Of a stretch of 64,000 nt of DNA, positions 18,951 through 27,663 are shown piece by piece. The DNA is from Desulfatiglandales bacterium. Its GTDB lineage: Bacteria; Desulfobacterota; DSM-4660; Desulfatiglandales; Desulfatiglandaceae. Numbering within the stretch: position 1 is the stretch's first letter; each line of letters starts with the position of its first letter. The DNA is taken from assembly GCA_963662465.1 (NCBI GenBank), contig OY759599.1, forward strand, positions 5,344,001-5,408,000. The letters are read 5' to 3'. The notes under the pieces are model-generated. The model did not search any database. It was not told where the DNA came from and saw nothing but the letters and a program-made list of their open reading frames with translations. Position numbers and translations under genes: made by a program.

Positions 18951-20237
18951 ATGGACGGTGTAGATACTACCAGGCTGGAGCGTTTTCGTCAATTGAGGAA
19001 GGAAATCCGTGGATCCAAGGAACATTTGATTGTAGGCATTGACGTGGCCAAGGATAATCATCATGCTTTTTTGGGGACAGCCAGGGGAAAAACACTTCTG
19101 AAGCGGTTGGTTTTTAACAACAATTTTCAGGGGTATGAGAAATTGTTCACATACGTTGATGCTACCAAAGTTAAGAATAACCTGAATAAAGTGGTCTTTG
19201 GTCTTGAACCGACCGCCAATTACCACAAACCTCTGGGCGAACATTTGATCAAATGCGGTTTTGATGTGGTGCTTGTGGCAGGCACGGCCGTGAAGAAAAA
19301 CCGTGAATTACTGGATGGGCGCTGGGATAAGCATGATACGAAGGATGCGGCCAATGTAGCGGATTTGGTTTCCCAAGGCAAATGTCTGTTTTACGAATAT
19401 CCGATCATGCCGATTCGTGAACTGCGAAATCTCCTGTCTTTTAAACGTCGGCTGAAAAAACAGGAACATGGGGCCAGAGTACGGATTCGGAATCATTTGC
19501 TTGCTCAGTATTTTCCTGAATTGGATCCTTATTTTTCCCGGATATCAGGCTGTAGCCTTAGCGTTGTGAAATGGTGTCTGGAACCTTCTTTGATTGCAGG
19601 ACTGGAGTACGAAGAGTTCCTTAGGTTGGTCGCACCCGGTAAACGTACGGTAAGACAACTGGAGTACGTGAAGCAGATTTGGGAAAAGGCATTTGAATCC
19701 ATCGGATGTAATGCCGGGGGAACCGTTCAGTTTGAGGCAAAAATGATGGTGGAAGAACTTGAACATGTTCGGGAATCAATTTTGGAAGTCGAAGAAAAGA
19801 TTGAAGAAATTTGCTTGGCTTTTTCTGAATACAAACATCTTCTCACCATACCTGGTTTTGGAAAAGATATTTCATCGAAGGTTTTGGGCGCTATCGGCAA
19901 CCCATTTCGGTTTGATAATGCAAAACAGGTGGTAAAACTGTCAGGGTGGGACCTGAATGCAAACCGTAGCGGAAAAAGTTCAGCGGGTGCTACGGCCGTA
20001 ATTTCTAAAAAAGGCAAAGCCGACCTGCGCTATGCGTTGTACCAGGCGGCCCTGGTTGCTTCATCTAGAAACCAACACTTTGTTGCATACTTTACGGAAA
20101 AACTCCGGGGAAGATCCCGCGAACGGGGCATCAAGACAAAAATGAGAGTGAAACTGGCGGCTAAACTTCTGGTAATCGCGTGGACCTTAATGAAAAAGCA
20201 GGAACCGTTCAATCCTGAATATTTGAAAGTAACATGA
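18951..20237 (+). CDS. IS110 family transposase/recombinase (DEDD)
   Basis: IVGIDVAKDNH, FGLEPTANY, KHDTKDA (DEDD); LLTIPGFG, NRSGKS, ISKKGKADLRYALY. Confidence 0.95.
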   Translation: MDGVDTTRLERFRQLRKEIRGSKEHLIVGIDVAKDNHHAFLGTARGKTLLKRLVFNNNFQGYEKLFTYVDATKVKNNLNKVVFGLEPTANYHKPLGEHLIKCGFDVVLVAGTAVKKNRELLDGRWDKHDTKDAANVADLVSQGKCLFYEYPIMPIRELRNLLSFKRRLKKQEHGARVRIRNHLLAQYFPELDPYFSRISGCSLSVVKWCLEPSLIAGLEYEEFLRLVAPGKRTVRQLEYVKQIWEKAFESIGCNAGGTVQFEAKMMVEELEHVRESILEVEEKIEEICLAFSEYKHLLTIPGFGKDISSKVLGAIGNPFRFDNAKQVVKLSGWDLNANRSGKSSAGATAVISKKGKADLRYALYQAALVASSRNQHFVAYFTEKLRGRSRERGIKTKMRVKLAAKLLVIAWTLMKKQEPFNPEYLKVT

Positions 20238-20380
20238 TAGAAGCCAAATCAGCCAAGAACCTCCGGTAAAGCCGGGGGTTTACTCAGAATAATGTCCACA
20301 CTATCAGGAAGTGGGGGCATGGAGACGGCAGTCAAACGACATCATTGCACAATGAGCAACATAAGACAGCCGGAGTTGAA

Positions 20381-21316
20381 ATGGATGAACTTGAACGATT
20401 TAAAAAAGAAATTAGCCTGATGGAATATGCACCGGCCCACGATTACACTGAGCTTGACCGTAGCCAGTCCAGCAAGACATGTGTAGTACTCAGGCGCGAG
20501 GCTGATGACGGCAAAATCGCAGTGAGCCGGGGCTATGATGGGCATTGGGTTTACTATGATTTCAGGCGTGGCAAAGGTGGTTCAATCCTTGACTTTGTAA
20601 TGCAGCATACCGGCTGCAATCTTGGCCAAACAAGAAAAGAGCTGAGAAAAGCGTTATGCAGCAACGTTAATTCTTTTTCCCATACTGCCCCTTTACCTAA
20701 TCCTCGATCAGCCACCAAGAACCGGCAAAAAGTGGCGTGGGAATATGCTGACACCACGCCCATTACAAGGCATCATGATTACTTGGAAAGCCGGGGGATT
20801 GGCCTTGAAGGCATTTTGGCTGGTCGGTTTGCCGGCGCCGTAAGAGTTGATCGGTATCGGAATGTTTGTTTTCCGTATTTTGATTTTAAGGGGATAGCGG
20901 GTATTGAAAGGCGGAATCATAATTTCAAATGTTACACGAAAGGAGGCAGTAAAGGGTTGTGGAGGAGTACGCTGATAGAGGGTGACTCAAAGGCCGTGAT
21001 TTGTGAAGCTCCAATTGACGCACTTTCCCATAGCAAACTGCGCCATGATAGCAACGACCGAACCAGGTATTTTGCAATCGGCGGCCAGATTAGCTATTTT
21101 CAATGGGAGTTGATTGATGGTCTGATAAAGAAATACAGTTCCGAAAAAATGGATATTTTTCTTGCATTTGACAACGACCCAGCCGGAAGAAAATATATCC
21201 GACAATTCCAGGAGCGTTATTCAGGGGTGTCATTTACGTTAGATTTGCCGCCCCAGGAAGGTCAGGACTGGAATGATGTTCTTCAGAGCAAACAACCAAT
21301 CGAGGGAAAATCTTGA
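20381..21316 (+). CDS. DUF3991/Toprim domain primase-like protein (IS110 cargo); ORF track start 20345
   Basis: GHWVYYDFRRGKGGSILDFV, YLESRGI, VICEAPIDALS, FLAFDNDPAG, GQDWNDVL; GGAG RBS before ATG 20381. Confidence 0.85.
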   Translation: MDELERFKKEISLMEYAPAHDYTELDRSQSSKTCVVLRREADDGKIAVSRGYDGHWVYYDFRRGKGGSILDFVMQHTGCNLGQTRKELRKALCSNVNSFSHTAPLPNPRSATKNRQKVAWEYADTTPITRHHDYLESRGIGLEGILAGRFAGAVRVDRYRNVCFPYFDFKGIAGIERRNHNFKCYTKGGSKGLWRSTLIEGDSKAVICEAPIDALSHSKLRHDSNDRTRYFAIGGQISYFQWELIDGLIKKYSSEKMDIFLAFDNDPAGRKYIRQFQERYSGVSFTLDLPPQEGQDWNDVLQSKQPIEGKS

Positions 21317-21372
21317 TTATTTTCTGAAGGGAAATGCAGTTGTTGTTTTACATATAAAAGCATGCAAGTTTA

Positions 21373-21532
21373 TCAGTGAGAGAGCTCGATGACTAACGTT
21401 GGGACCATTTTGGATCTCGTAGGGGACAATACTGGGCCTCTCACTGAACTTTACAACCTGGATAAGGGATGATAGGTGGCCGCCCAGCAGGGCGAGCATG
21501 CCGGATAAACGTAACGATAAGGTGTAGAGTTC
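21373..21532 (+). ncRNA. Putative IS110 bridge RNA (target-binding loop 21373-21447, donor-binding loop 21446-21532)
   Basis: Two adjacent stem/internal-loop/stem modules whose loop strands match the element's target and circle-junction sequences around the GT core (see findings). Confidence 0.75.
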
Positions 21533-21857
21533 ATAAAAGGTGAGAAACTCACTGAAAACTGCAAAAAGTCCGCAACGGACTTAATGCTGAATTGTGCAAA
21601 AAATTTTGGACATAGCGTAACTACCTGTTATTACAGGGTTTGCAGTTTTTTGAAGTTTTTTCTTGACAGGAGCATTATAGGATGTCCCCTTTGGGATGTC
21701 GGCAGCTTGCCTGGGGATTGGTATTGTTTGTCCGTTTTTTCCCCAAATTTCGTGACGGCCTTCTCGGAGGAAGTTCCACCCGGATGCGCTCAAGAGTTTG
21801 AGTAGTTCCCGCTTTGTCATTTCCGTCCCCCCGCAGTTGAAGTTGGAAGTATTGTAG

Positions 21858-21901
21858 TGTGTAATTGGGTATCAATCAAACGAAAAATACACAATTACAC
21901 A
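21858..21901 (-). promoter_or_regulatory. Inverted-repeat operator upstream of hicAB
   Basis: TGTGTAATTG...CAATTACACA. Confidence 0.55.
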
Positions 21902-21921
21902 TTTTGCAAGACAATTTCCCA

Positions 21922-22094
21922 GTTTTGCCGAAGCGGCGGGGATGGGCCATGAAGTAGTAGCGGCCCTCCTCCAGCATTCGGAGAATCCAGGGGGTCTTGT
22001 CCACATACAAAAACCCCTCACGGCGAATGATCTCAAAGGATTACAGGTCAATGGGCAGTTTGAGAGGGGGCATTTGGCTGAATCTCCTTAAAAA
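21922..22094 (-). repeat. Direct-repeat copy 2 of the AAA-ATPase-like 5' fragment (with nonsense change)
   Basis: Near-identical to 16679-16851; CAA changed to TAA in the coding frame. Confidence 0.85.
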
Positions 22095-22113
22095 TACTTC
22101 CCGGATACCCCAC

Positions 22114-24056
22114 GAGGGGTTTGCGCTGTGCTTAAGTCTCTGGTATCCTGGAGGGATTTGGCAGTGTCAAAAAAACATTACCCCAAAAAAAAGATGGGTG
22201 GGCATCCTGAAATCAAGCACTTAGCTAGATCGAGTCGGAATTTTCCATTTTTTCACCCCAAGCGAAAGAACTTGTCGGAATACCTTGATTTTAATACAAA
22301 ATATTGTACAATGCCTTCATCAGATAACAGGATAGAGTGTTTCTTTAAATATTTGATGGAGGCCGAAACTTGGCAGCAGTGAGTCCGTTTCTTTTTTCGT
22401 GGAATGATGTCGAAGCACGCTCGGATTTGGACCGTTTCTATCTGGTGCGCGATAATCTGCCTGATGAGAATATTGTAGCGGCACTTGAAAAGCGTCGCGG
22501 CAATGGGAGAGATGATTTTCCGATACGCGCAATGTGGAACGCGCTTATTGCGGGAGTCGTGTTCCAGCATGCATCCATTGAATCTTTGATTCGCGAATTG
22601 TCCAGGAATCCGGCGTTATTAGAGGCATGCGGATTTGATATTCTGCCGAGGCAAAAAAAACCGGTAGCTGAACTGAGACGCAATGAGGAAACGGGCCGAA
22701 TGGAAATCATACGGTCTGAGAGCGGAAATGCATATTTTTTGGTTCCAGGTAGTTGGAATTTCTCAAGATTTTTAAGGAGCGTCATAGAACTGGAAGAATA
22801 TGGTAATATGGTCAGCGGCATGGTGCGTGGGCTTCGAGAATCCTTAATGACAGAACTCCCTGATTTTGGTTGTCATTTAGGGTATGACGGCAAGGCTATC
22901 AACAGTTATAGTACGGGACAAGAAAGCCGGAAAACCGGTGAAACCTCCGATACGGATGCAGATTGGGGCAAGCATGAAACGAAAGGGACAGACAGTAAAA
23001 CCGGAAAGCAGTGGACAAAAGTAAAAAGCTGGTTTGGATATGGCCTTCATTTGATCGCTGATACCCTATATGAAATTCCGGTGGCAGTTCATGTAACACC
23101 TGCCTCGCATTCGGAACACAAGGAACTGCGAAGCATGATCAAAGAAATTTTTGAGGAAACACCGCAGCTTGGCGAGCGCTGTGATGATTTTGTGGCGGAC
23201 CGTGGTTTGGATTCCGGCAAAACTAAGGCTCAGCTGTTGGATGAATATGGGATTCGGCCCGGCATTGATACCCGTGAACTGTGGAGAGATGAAAAGAATG
23301 AGCCGGGATACGATCCTGCAAAACCGATCACACGACCTCTTTATCCTGACCGGGCAGATACCATTGTGTATACTGAGAAAGGGACAGTCCATTGTATTTG
23401 TCCGGCTACTGGAGAACAGCGGGACATGGCTTTTTGTGGCTTTGAAAAAAATCGCAATACCCTGAAATATCGTTGTCCCGCAGCTGCAAACGGCTTTTCC
23501 TGTGAAGGATGTGGAGAGTGTTCATCTGCGGGGCAAGTTAATCCCGGAGATTATGGGCGAATTGTCAGAATAAATATCACTGAGGAAGATCGGCGAATCT
23601 TCACACCCATTCCCTATGGTACGCAGGGTTGGGACCGAGCGTATAATCGGCGTTCTTCTTTGGAGAGAATCAACAGTCGGATCGATAATGATTTTGGTTT
23701 TGAGAAACATTACATACGCGGCCAAGCCAAAATGCAAACAAGAGTTTGCTTGGCCACCGCCGTAATGATGGCAATGGCCCTTGGTCATGTAAGGGCTGGC
23801 CGTATTGAGCAAATGCGCTCCCTTGTACGGCCAATAGCCAGAGCCGCCTAATCCAATTTATTTAAAATAGTTATAAATAAATGATTTAATTTAAATTTAA
23901 AGGGATTAGCATGTCCAATTATCGGGTTTTTGGGGTATGTCTTTGGAAACCATAATATTCTGCTGCCATGTCGCCCTCTCAGACCTCGCGCCCGCGTTTT
24001 TTTGGGGCCCAGAACACCCCCGGTACGGCACAAAAACGGTACAGCGCAAACCTCTC
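22114..24056 (+). mobile_element. IS element (IS1182/IS5-like), 1943 bp, 5-bp TSD CCCAC
   Basis: TIR GAGGGGTTTGCGCTGTGC / revcomp GAGAGGTTTGCGCTGTAC; CCCAC at 22109-22113 and 24057-24061. Confidence 0.85.
22370..23851 (+). CDS. DDE transposase (IS1182/IS5-like; DUF772-like N-term, Cys-rich insertion)
   Basis: GYDGKAI, DADWG, WFGYGLHLIAD, VADRGLDS, YNRRSSLERINSRID; GGAGG + TTG start. Confidence 0.88.
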   Translation: MAAVSPFLFSWNDVEARSDLDRFYLVRDNLPDENIVAALEKRRGNGRDDFPIRAMWNALIAGVVFQHASIESLIRELSRNPALLEACGFDILPRQKKPVAELRRNEETGRMEIIRSESGNAYFLVPGSWNFSRFLRSVIELEEYGNMVSGMVRGLRESLMTELPDFGCHLGYDGKAINSYSTGQESRKTGETSDTDADWGKHETKGTDSKTGKQWTKVKSWFGYGLHLIADTLYEIPVAVHVTPASHSEHKELRSMIKEIFEETPQLGERCDDFVADRGLDSGKTKAQLLDEYGIRPGIDTRELWRDEKNEPGYDPAKPITRPLYPDRADTIVYTEKGTVHCICPATGEQRDMAFCGFEKNRNTLKYRCPAAANGFSCEGCGECSSAGQVNPGDYGRIVRINITEEDRRIFTPIPYGTQGWDRAYNRRSSLERINSRIDNDFGFEKHYIRGQAKMQTRVCLATAVMMAMALGHVRAGRIEQMRSLVRPIARAA

Positions 24057-24228
24057 CCCACTGTATAAAGTTGACATTTTCTCAAAATTTCTTAATGATT
24101 CTTTTTTGTTGAATCGCCATTTGCCTTAACATGCCCATCCATAATCCGTGCGCCGGCTTTTGCGGCTGTTACTCACGCCTTCAGGCAGGATAGGGACATC
24201 CTCAGATTTCAGGAAACCGGAGACCGGA

Positions 24229-26007
24229 ATGAAAAGCCCGGGAAATTATAAACCCGTGATCATCATTGGCGCCGGGCCGGCGGGCCTCACAGCGGCCTAT
24301 GAATTGATCAAACAGGGTCGTCGTCCGGTGGTGCTGGAAAAAGGCGACCGACCTGGCGGAATCGCGCGGACGGAGGTTTTCAAAGGGTACCGATTCGACA
24401 TCGGCGGCCATCGGTTTTTCACGAAAAACGACGCCATCATGCGACTCTGGCGGGAGGTTCTGGGCGACGGGTTCATTACAGTACCCCGGAAATCCCGAAT
24501 ATATTACGAGGGGAAATTTTTCGACTATCCTCTGGAGTTTTTGAACGCCCTATCGCGCATGGGGTTGATGGAAAGCCTGTTGATTCTTTTGAGTTATCTC
24601 AGGGCGCAGATCCTGCCTTACCCTGAAGAGAAGACCTTTGAGCAATGGGTCTCCAATCGGTTTGGCCGACGGCTCTATGGAATATTTTTTGAGCCCTACA
24701 CCGCTAAAATGTGGGGCATGCCGTGCCGCAACATCCCGGCGGACTGGGCCCGGCAACGAATCAAGGGATTGTCCCTGATGGTCGCCCTTTCCGATGCCTT
24801 GCTCGGAAATCAAAAGGCAAAGAGCCTGATCCACGAGTTCTACTACCCCCGAGAGGGCCCCGGCATGATGTGGGAGGGTTTTGGGAAACGGATTGAGGAA
24901 AATGGCGGCAGTGTTCGGTTCAATACGAGCGTTGTCGGCCTGAATTACGCAAACGGACGGATAAACGGCGTTCAGTGCGTTCAGCAAGAGAAAACGTTTG
25001 AAATGCCGGTGGACCACCTCATTTCCAGCCTTCCACTCAACAAACTGGTCCGCATGCTCAGCGCCGAAGCGCCGATTGCGGTGTTGGAAGCGACCGACAC
25101 ACTTTCTTATCGGGCCCTGATTCTCGTGGTCCTGATTCTCCATAAAGGGGCATATTTCCCGGACCAGTGGATCTATATCCATAGCCCGGGGTTCAAGGTC
25201 GGCCGCATCCAGAATTTCAAAAACTGGAGTGCCGACATGGTCCCGGATCCCCAAAAAACGAGCCTTGGCATGGAATATTTTTGCAGTGAAGGCGACGCGT
25301 TGTGGAAGATGTCCGATGGGGAATTGTCGGAGATTGCGACCCGGGAATTGGCCGGCCTCGGACTGGCGACGGAAAAAGACGTTCAGGATGCCTTTGTGGT
25401 GCGCCAGCCGGATGCTTACCCCATCTATCATGACGGGTATGCAGATCAACTCGGGATTATTCGTGGTTTTCTCGCCGGCTTTCTCAACCTTCAAACCATC
25501 GGCCGCAATGGCATGCACCGTTACAATAACATGGACCATTCCATGCAGACGGGGATACTGGCAGCCAAAAATGTTTCAGGCGCCGATCACGACATCTGGT
25601 CGGTCAATGAGGAAGCGGAGTATCATGAAGAAGGCCGAACGGTCTCTTCACCCGAAACCCTTATGGAAACAGCCATCATTCAATCATTTGCCATGATGCA
25701 CAAAGGCGCATTTGGTATTGCCTTGGGAACGGTTGCGGGGTTGCTGTTTTTTGTGGCGACCCTGTGGCGGGTGTTGAAAGGCGGAGAGGCGGTGGGTCCC
25801 AATTTGCAATTGTTGTCGCAATATTTTCCGGGCTATACGGTAACGGTAACAGGCGCCTTTATGGCCTTTGCCCACGGTTTTTTCTGGGGGTTTCTGTTCG
25901 GTTGGCTCTTTGCGTACCTTCGAAACCTGTCACTGGTTCTCTATCTGCGTCGCGTGAAAAAGAAAGCCGAACGGGCCGCATTAAAGGCCTTCATGGATCA
26001 TCCCTGA
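24229..26007 (+). CDS. FAD-dependent oxidoreductase (HemY / UDP-galactopyranose mutase-like) with C-terminal membrane domain
   Basis: IIIGAGPAGLTAA, GYRFDIGGHRFF, GRNGMHRYNNMDHSM; two hydrophobic helices at the C-terminus. Confidence 0.85.
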   Translation: MKSPGNYKPVIIIGAGPAGLTAAYELIKQGRRPVVLEKGDRPGGIARTEVFKGYRFDIGGHRFFTKNDAIMRLWREVLGDGFITVPRKSRIYYEGKFFDYPLEFLNALSRMGLMESLLILLSYLRAQILPYPEEKTFEQWVSNRFGRRLYGIFFEPYTAKMWGMPCRNIPADWARQRIKGLSLMVALSDALLGNQKAKSLIHEFYYPREGPGMMWEGFGKRIEENGGSVRFNTSVVGLNYANGRINGVQCVQQEKTFEMPVDHLISSLPLNKLVRMLSAEAPIAVLEATDTLSYRALILVVLILHKGAYFPDQWIYIHSPGFKVGRIQNFKNWSADMVPDPQKTSLGMEYFCSEGDALWKMSDGELSEIATRELAGLGLATEKDVQDAFVVRQPDAYPIYHDGYADQLGIIRGFLAGFLNLQTIGRNGMHRYNNMDHSMQTGILAAKNVSGADHDIWSVNEEAEYHEEGRTVSSPETLMETAIIQSFAMMHKGAFGIALGTVAGLLFFVATLWRVLKGGEAVGPNLQLLSQYFPGYTVTVTGAFMAFAHGFFWGFLFGWLFAYLRNLSLVLYLRRVKKKAERAALKAFMDHP

Positions 26008-26049
26008 TCCGTCCGTACGGTTTTTTAAGTTTTGGGTGAGGAGGACAAA

Positions 26050-26394
26050 ATGAAAAAAGATGATAAAATGGACCGCGATGAAACGGAGAAGCTGGTGGGG
26101 AATGTTCTCCGGCTTAACGCAAAAGTCCTGGCGCTCGTTCTGGGACTGCTTTTCGGCATTGCTATATTCATTGCAACCAACTGGCTCCTCATCAAAGACG
26201 GTGATCCCGTGGGCCCCCACTTGCAGCTTCTGAGCCAGTACTTTATCGGGTACAGAGTCTCCTTTATGGGGAGTTTTGTGGGATTTGCCTATGGCGCTCT
26301 CCTGGGGGGCGCAAGCGGTCTTCTGCTCGGGTGGATCTACAACTGGATGGTGCTTCTCACAAGCAAAGAAAAAAGCGGAACACTTATGTCATGA
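26050..26394 (+). CDS. Two-TM membrane protein paralogous to the C-terminal domain of the upstream oxidoreductase
   Basis: VGPHLQLLSQYFIGYRVSFMG vs VGPNLQLLSQYFPGYTVTVTG. Confidence 0.8.
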   Translation: MKKDDKMDRDETEKLVGNVLRLNAKVLALVLGLLFGIAIFIATNWLLIKDGDPVGPHLQLLSQYFIGYRVSFMGSFVGFAYGALLGGASGLLLGWIYNWMVLLTSKEKSGTLMS

Positions 26395-27293
26395 AACACA
26401 ATCCTTGCCCTTTTTTTTCCATCATCATACCCACCTACCAACGACCGGCGCAATTAGAACAGTGCCTCCGGGCCATCACGCGACTGGATTATCCCGCCAA
26501 CCGATTTGAGGTGGTGGTGGTGAATGACGGCAGCAGGGGGCATCCTGAAAAAGTTGTAGCCCCCTTTGCTGCTCGCATTAACGTGACCTTGTTGAAAGCG
26601 GATCACAACGGTCCCGCCACCGCCCGCAATATCGGCGCCGCCGGGGCAAAAGGGGAGTTTCTGGTATTTACCGATGATGATTGTCTTCCGCTTCCCAACT
26701 GGCTTCAATCTTTTTCGAAGTGTTTTTCGGAGGCCCCTGATGGTCTCATCGGGGGTCGAACCCTTAACAGCTTACCCGACAATCCCTATTCCACCGCCGG
26801 TCAGTTGCTCTGTGATTATCTGTATGCCGCCTACAACGCCGATTGCCAAAACGCACGATTCCTCACCTCCAACAACCTGGGCCTGAAAAGGCAACATTTC
26901 ACTCGAATCGGCGGTTTTGATGCGAACTTTCGCTGGGCCGGCGGCGAGGACAGGGAATTCTCCCGCCGGTGGCGGCATCATGGGCGCCGTATCATTTATG
27001 CTCCGGAGGCTGCGATTTTGCATCACCACGCATTGACGTTCAATACGTTTTTCAGGCAACATTTTATTTATGGCCGGGGGGCCTTTCTTTTTCATCGCAA
27101 ACAAAAGGATCTCTCCGAGCGTTTCACGAAGTGGGAGCATCTTTTGTTTTATTCAAGGCTTTTAAGGTATCCGTATCAACGCCCCTTCAACCGAAGAACC
27201 GCCCATTGTGGCGCTCTCTTCATGGTTTCTCAGGTTGCCGTGGCGGCCGGATATTTCTCGGAATGGATGAACAAGGTCTCAAATCTCTATTAA
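26391..27293 (+). CDS. Glycosyltransferase family 2
   Basis: FSIIIPTYQR, VVVVNDGS, GPATARNIG, FTDDDC, GGFD.NF..AGGED. Confidence 0.92.
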   Translation: MKHNPCPFFSIIIPTYQRPAQLEQCLRAITRLDYPANRFEVVVVNDGSRGHPEKVVAPFAARINVTLLKADHNGPATARNIGAAGAKGEFLVFTDDDCLPLPNWLQSFSKCFSEAPDGLIGGRTLNSLPDNPYSTAGQLLCDYLYAAYNADCQNARFLTSNNLGLKRQHFTRIGGFDANFRWAGGEDREFSRRWRHHGRRIIYAPEAAILHHHALTFNTFFRQHFIYGRGAFLFHRKQKDLSERFTKWEHLLFYSRLLRYPYQRPFNRRTAHCGALFMVSQVAVAAGYFSEWMNKVSNLY

Positions 27294-27663
27294 CTGAGCG
27301 CGAGGCTGTTCTTTAATGCGTCGTCGACCTTTTTCATGGAATCTTTTGATAGTGAGCCTAATTTTGAGGCTGTAAGCCTCATTTTGTCAATGGTCCTGAC
27401 CTGGGACAAGTTCACAATCGAATCTTTCTTGAGACTGTTTTCGCCCTTCTCGATGGCAACGCAGATGGGATAAGAGGCCTTCTTATTCGAATACTCGGTA
27501 ATGACCGCGACAATGGTTGTTGGGGACTATATTGCCAATGTCATTTTGAATCACGAGAACAGGACGGGTTTTGCCTGTTTCTCTCCCCACAACAGGGTCA
27601 AGGTGCGCATAGTGGATGTCGCCCCGCTTAACTTGAATACTCACCATAGGTTTATCGCCCCAT
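27290..27663 (-). pseudogene. mazF: MazF/PemK toxin, frameshifted near 27530
   Basis: VKRGDIHYAHLDPVVGRETGKTRPVLVIQNDIGN / SPTTIVAVIT...DSIVNLSQVRTIDKMRL...MKKVDDALKNSLAL in two frames. Confidence 0.88.

Larger units (their letters stand above)
18812..21685 (+). mobile_element. IS110/IS1111-type element (~2.87 kb): recombinase + Toprim/primase-like cargo + right-end ncRNA; GT core at both ends
   Basis: Boundaries fixed by the interrupted hicA: ...GTTTACC[GT]TATATAAT... and ...ATAGGAT[GT]CCCCT...; no TIR or long TSD, as expected for IS110. Confidence 0.88.
18772..21820 (-). pseudogene. hicA: HicA family toxin split by the IS110 element: N part 21684-21820, C part ~18772-18813
   Basis: Rejoining at the GT core restores MTKRELLKLLSASGWNFLREGRHEIWGKNGQTIPIPRQAADIPKG-TVNNILKRAGIKE* upstream of hicB. 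Confidence 0.9.

Noticed and set aside
16679..22094. Direct repeats as a DGR template/variable repeat pair
   Set aside because: No reverse transcriptase in the window, few differences, and the repeat covers a gene 5' end rather than a C-terminal variable region
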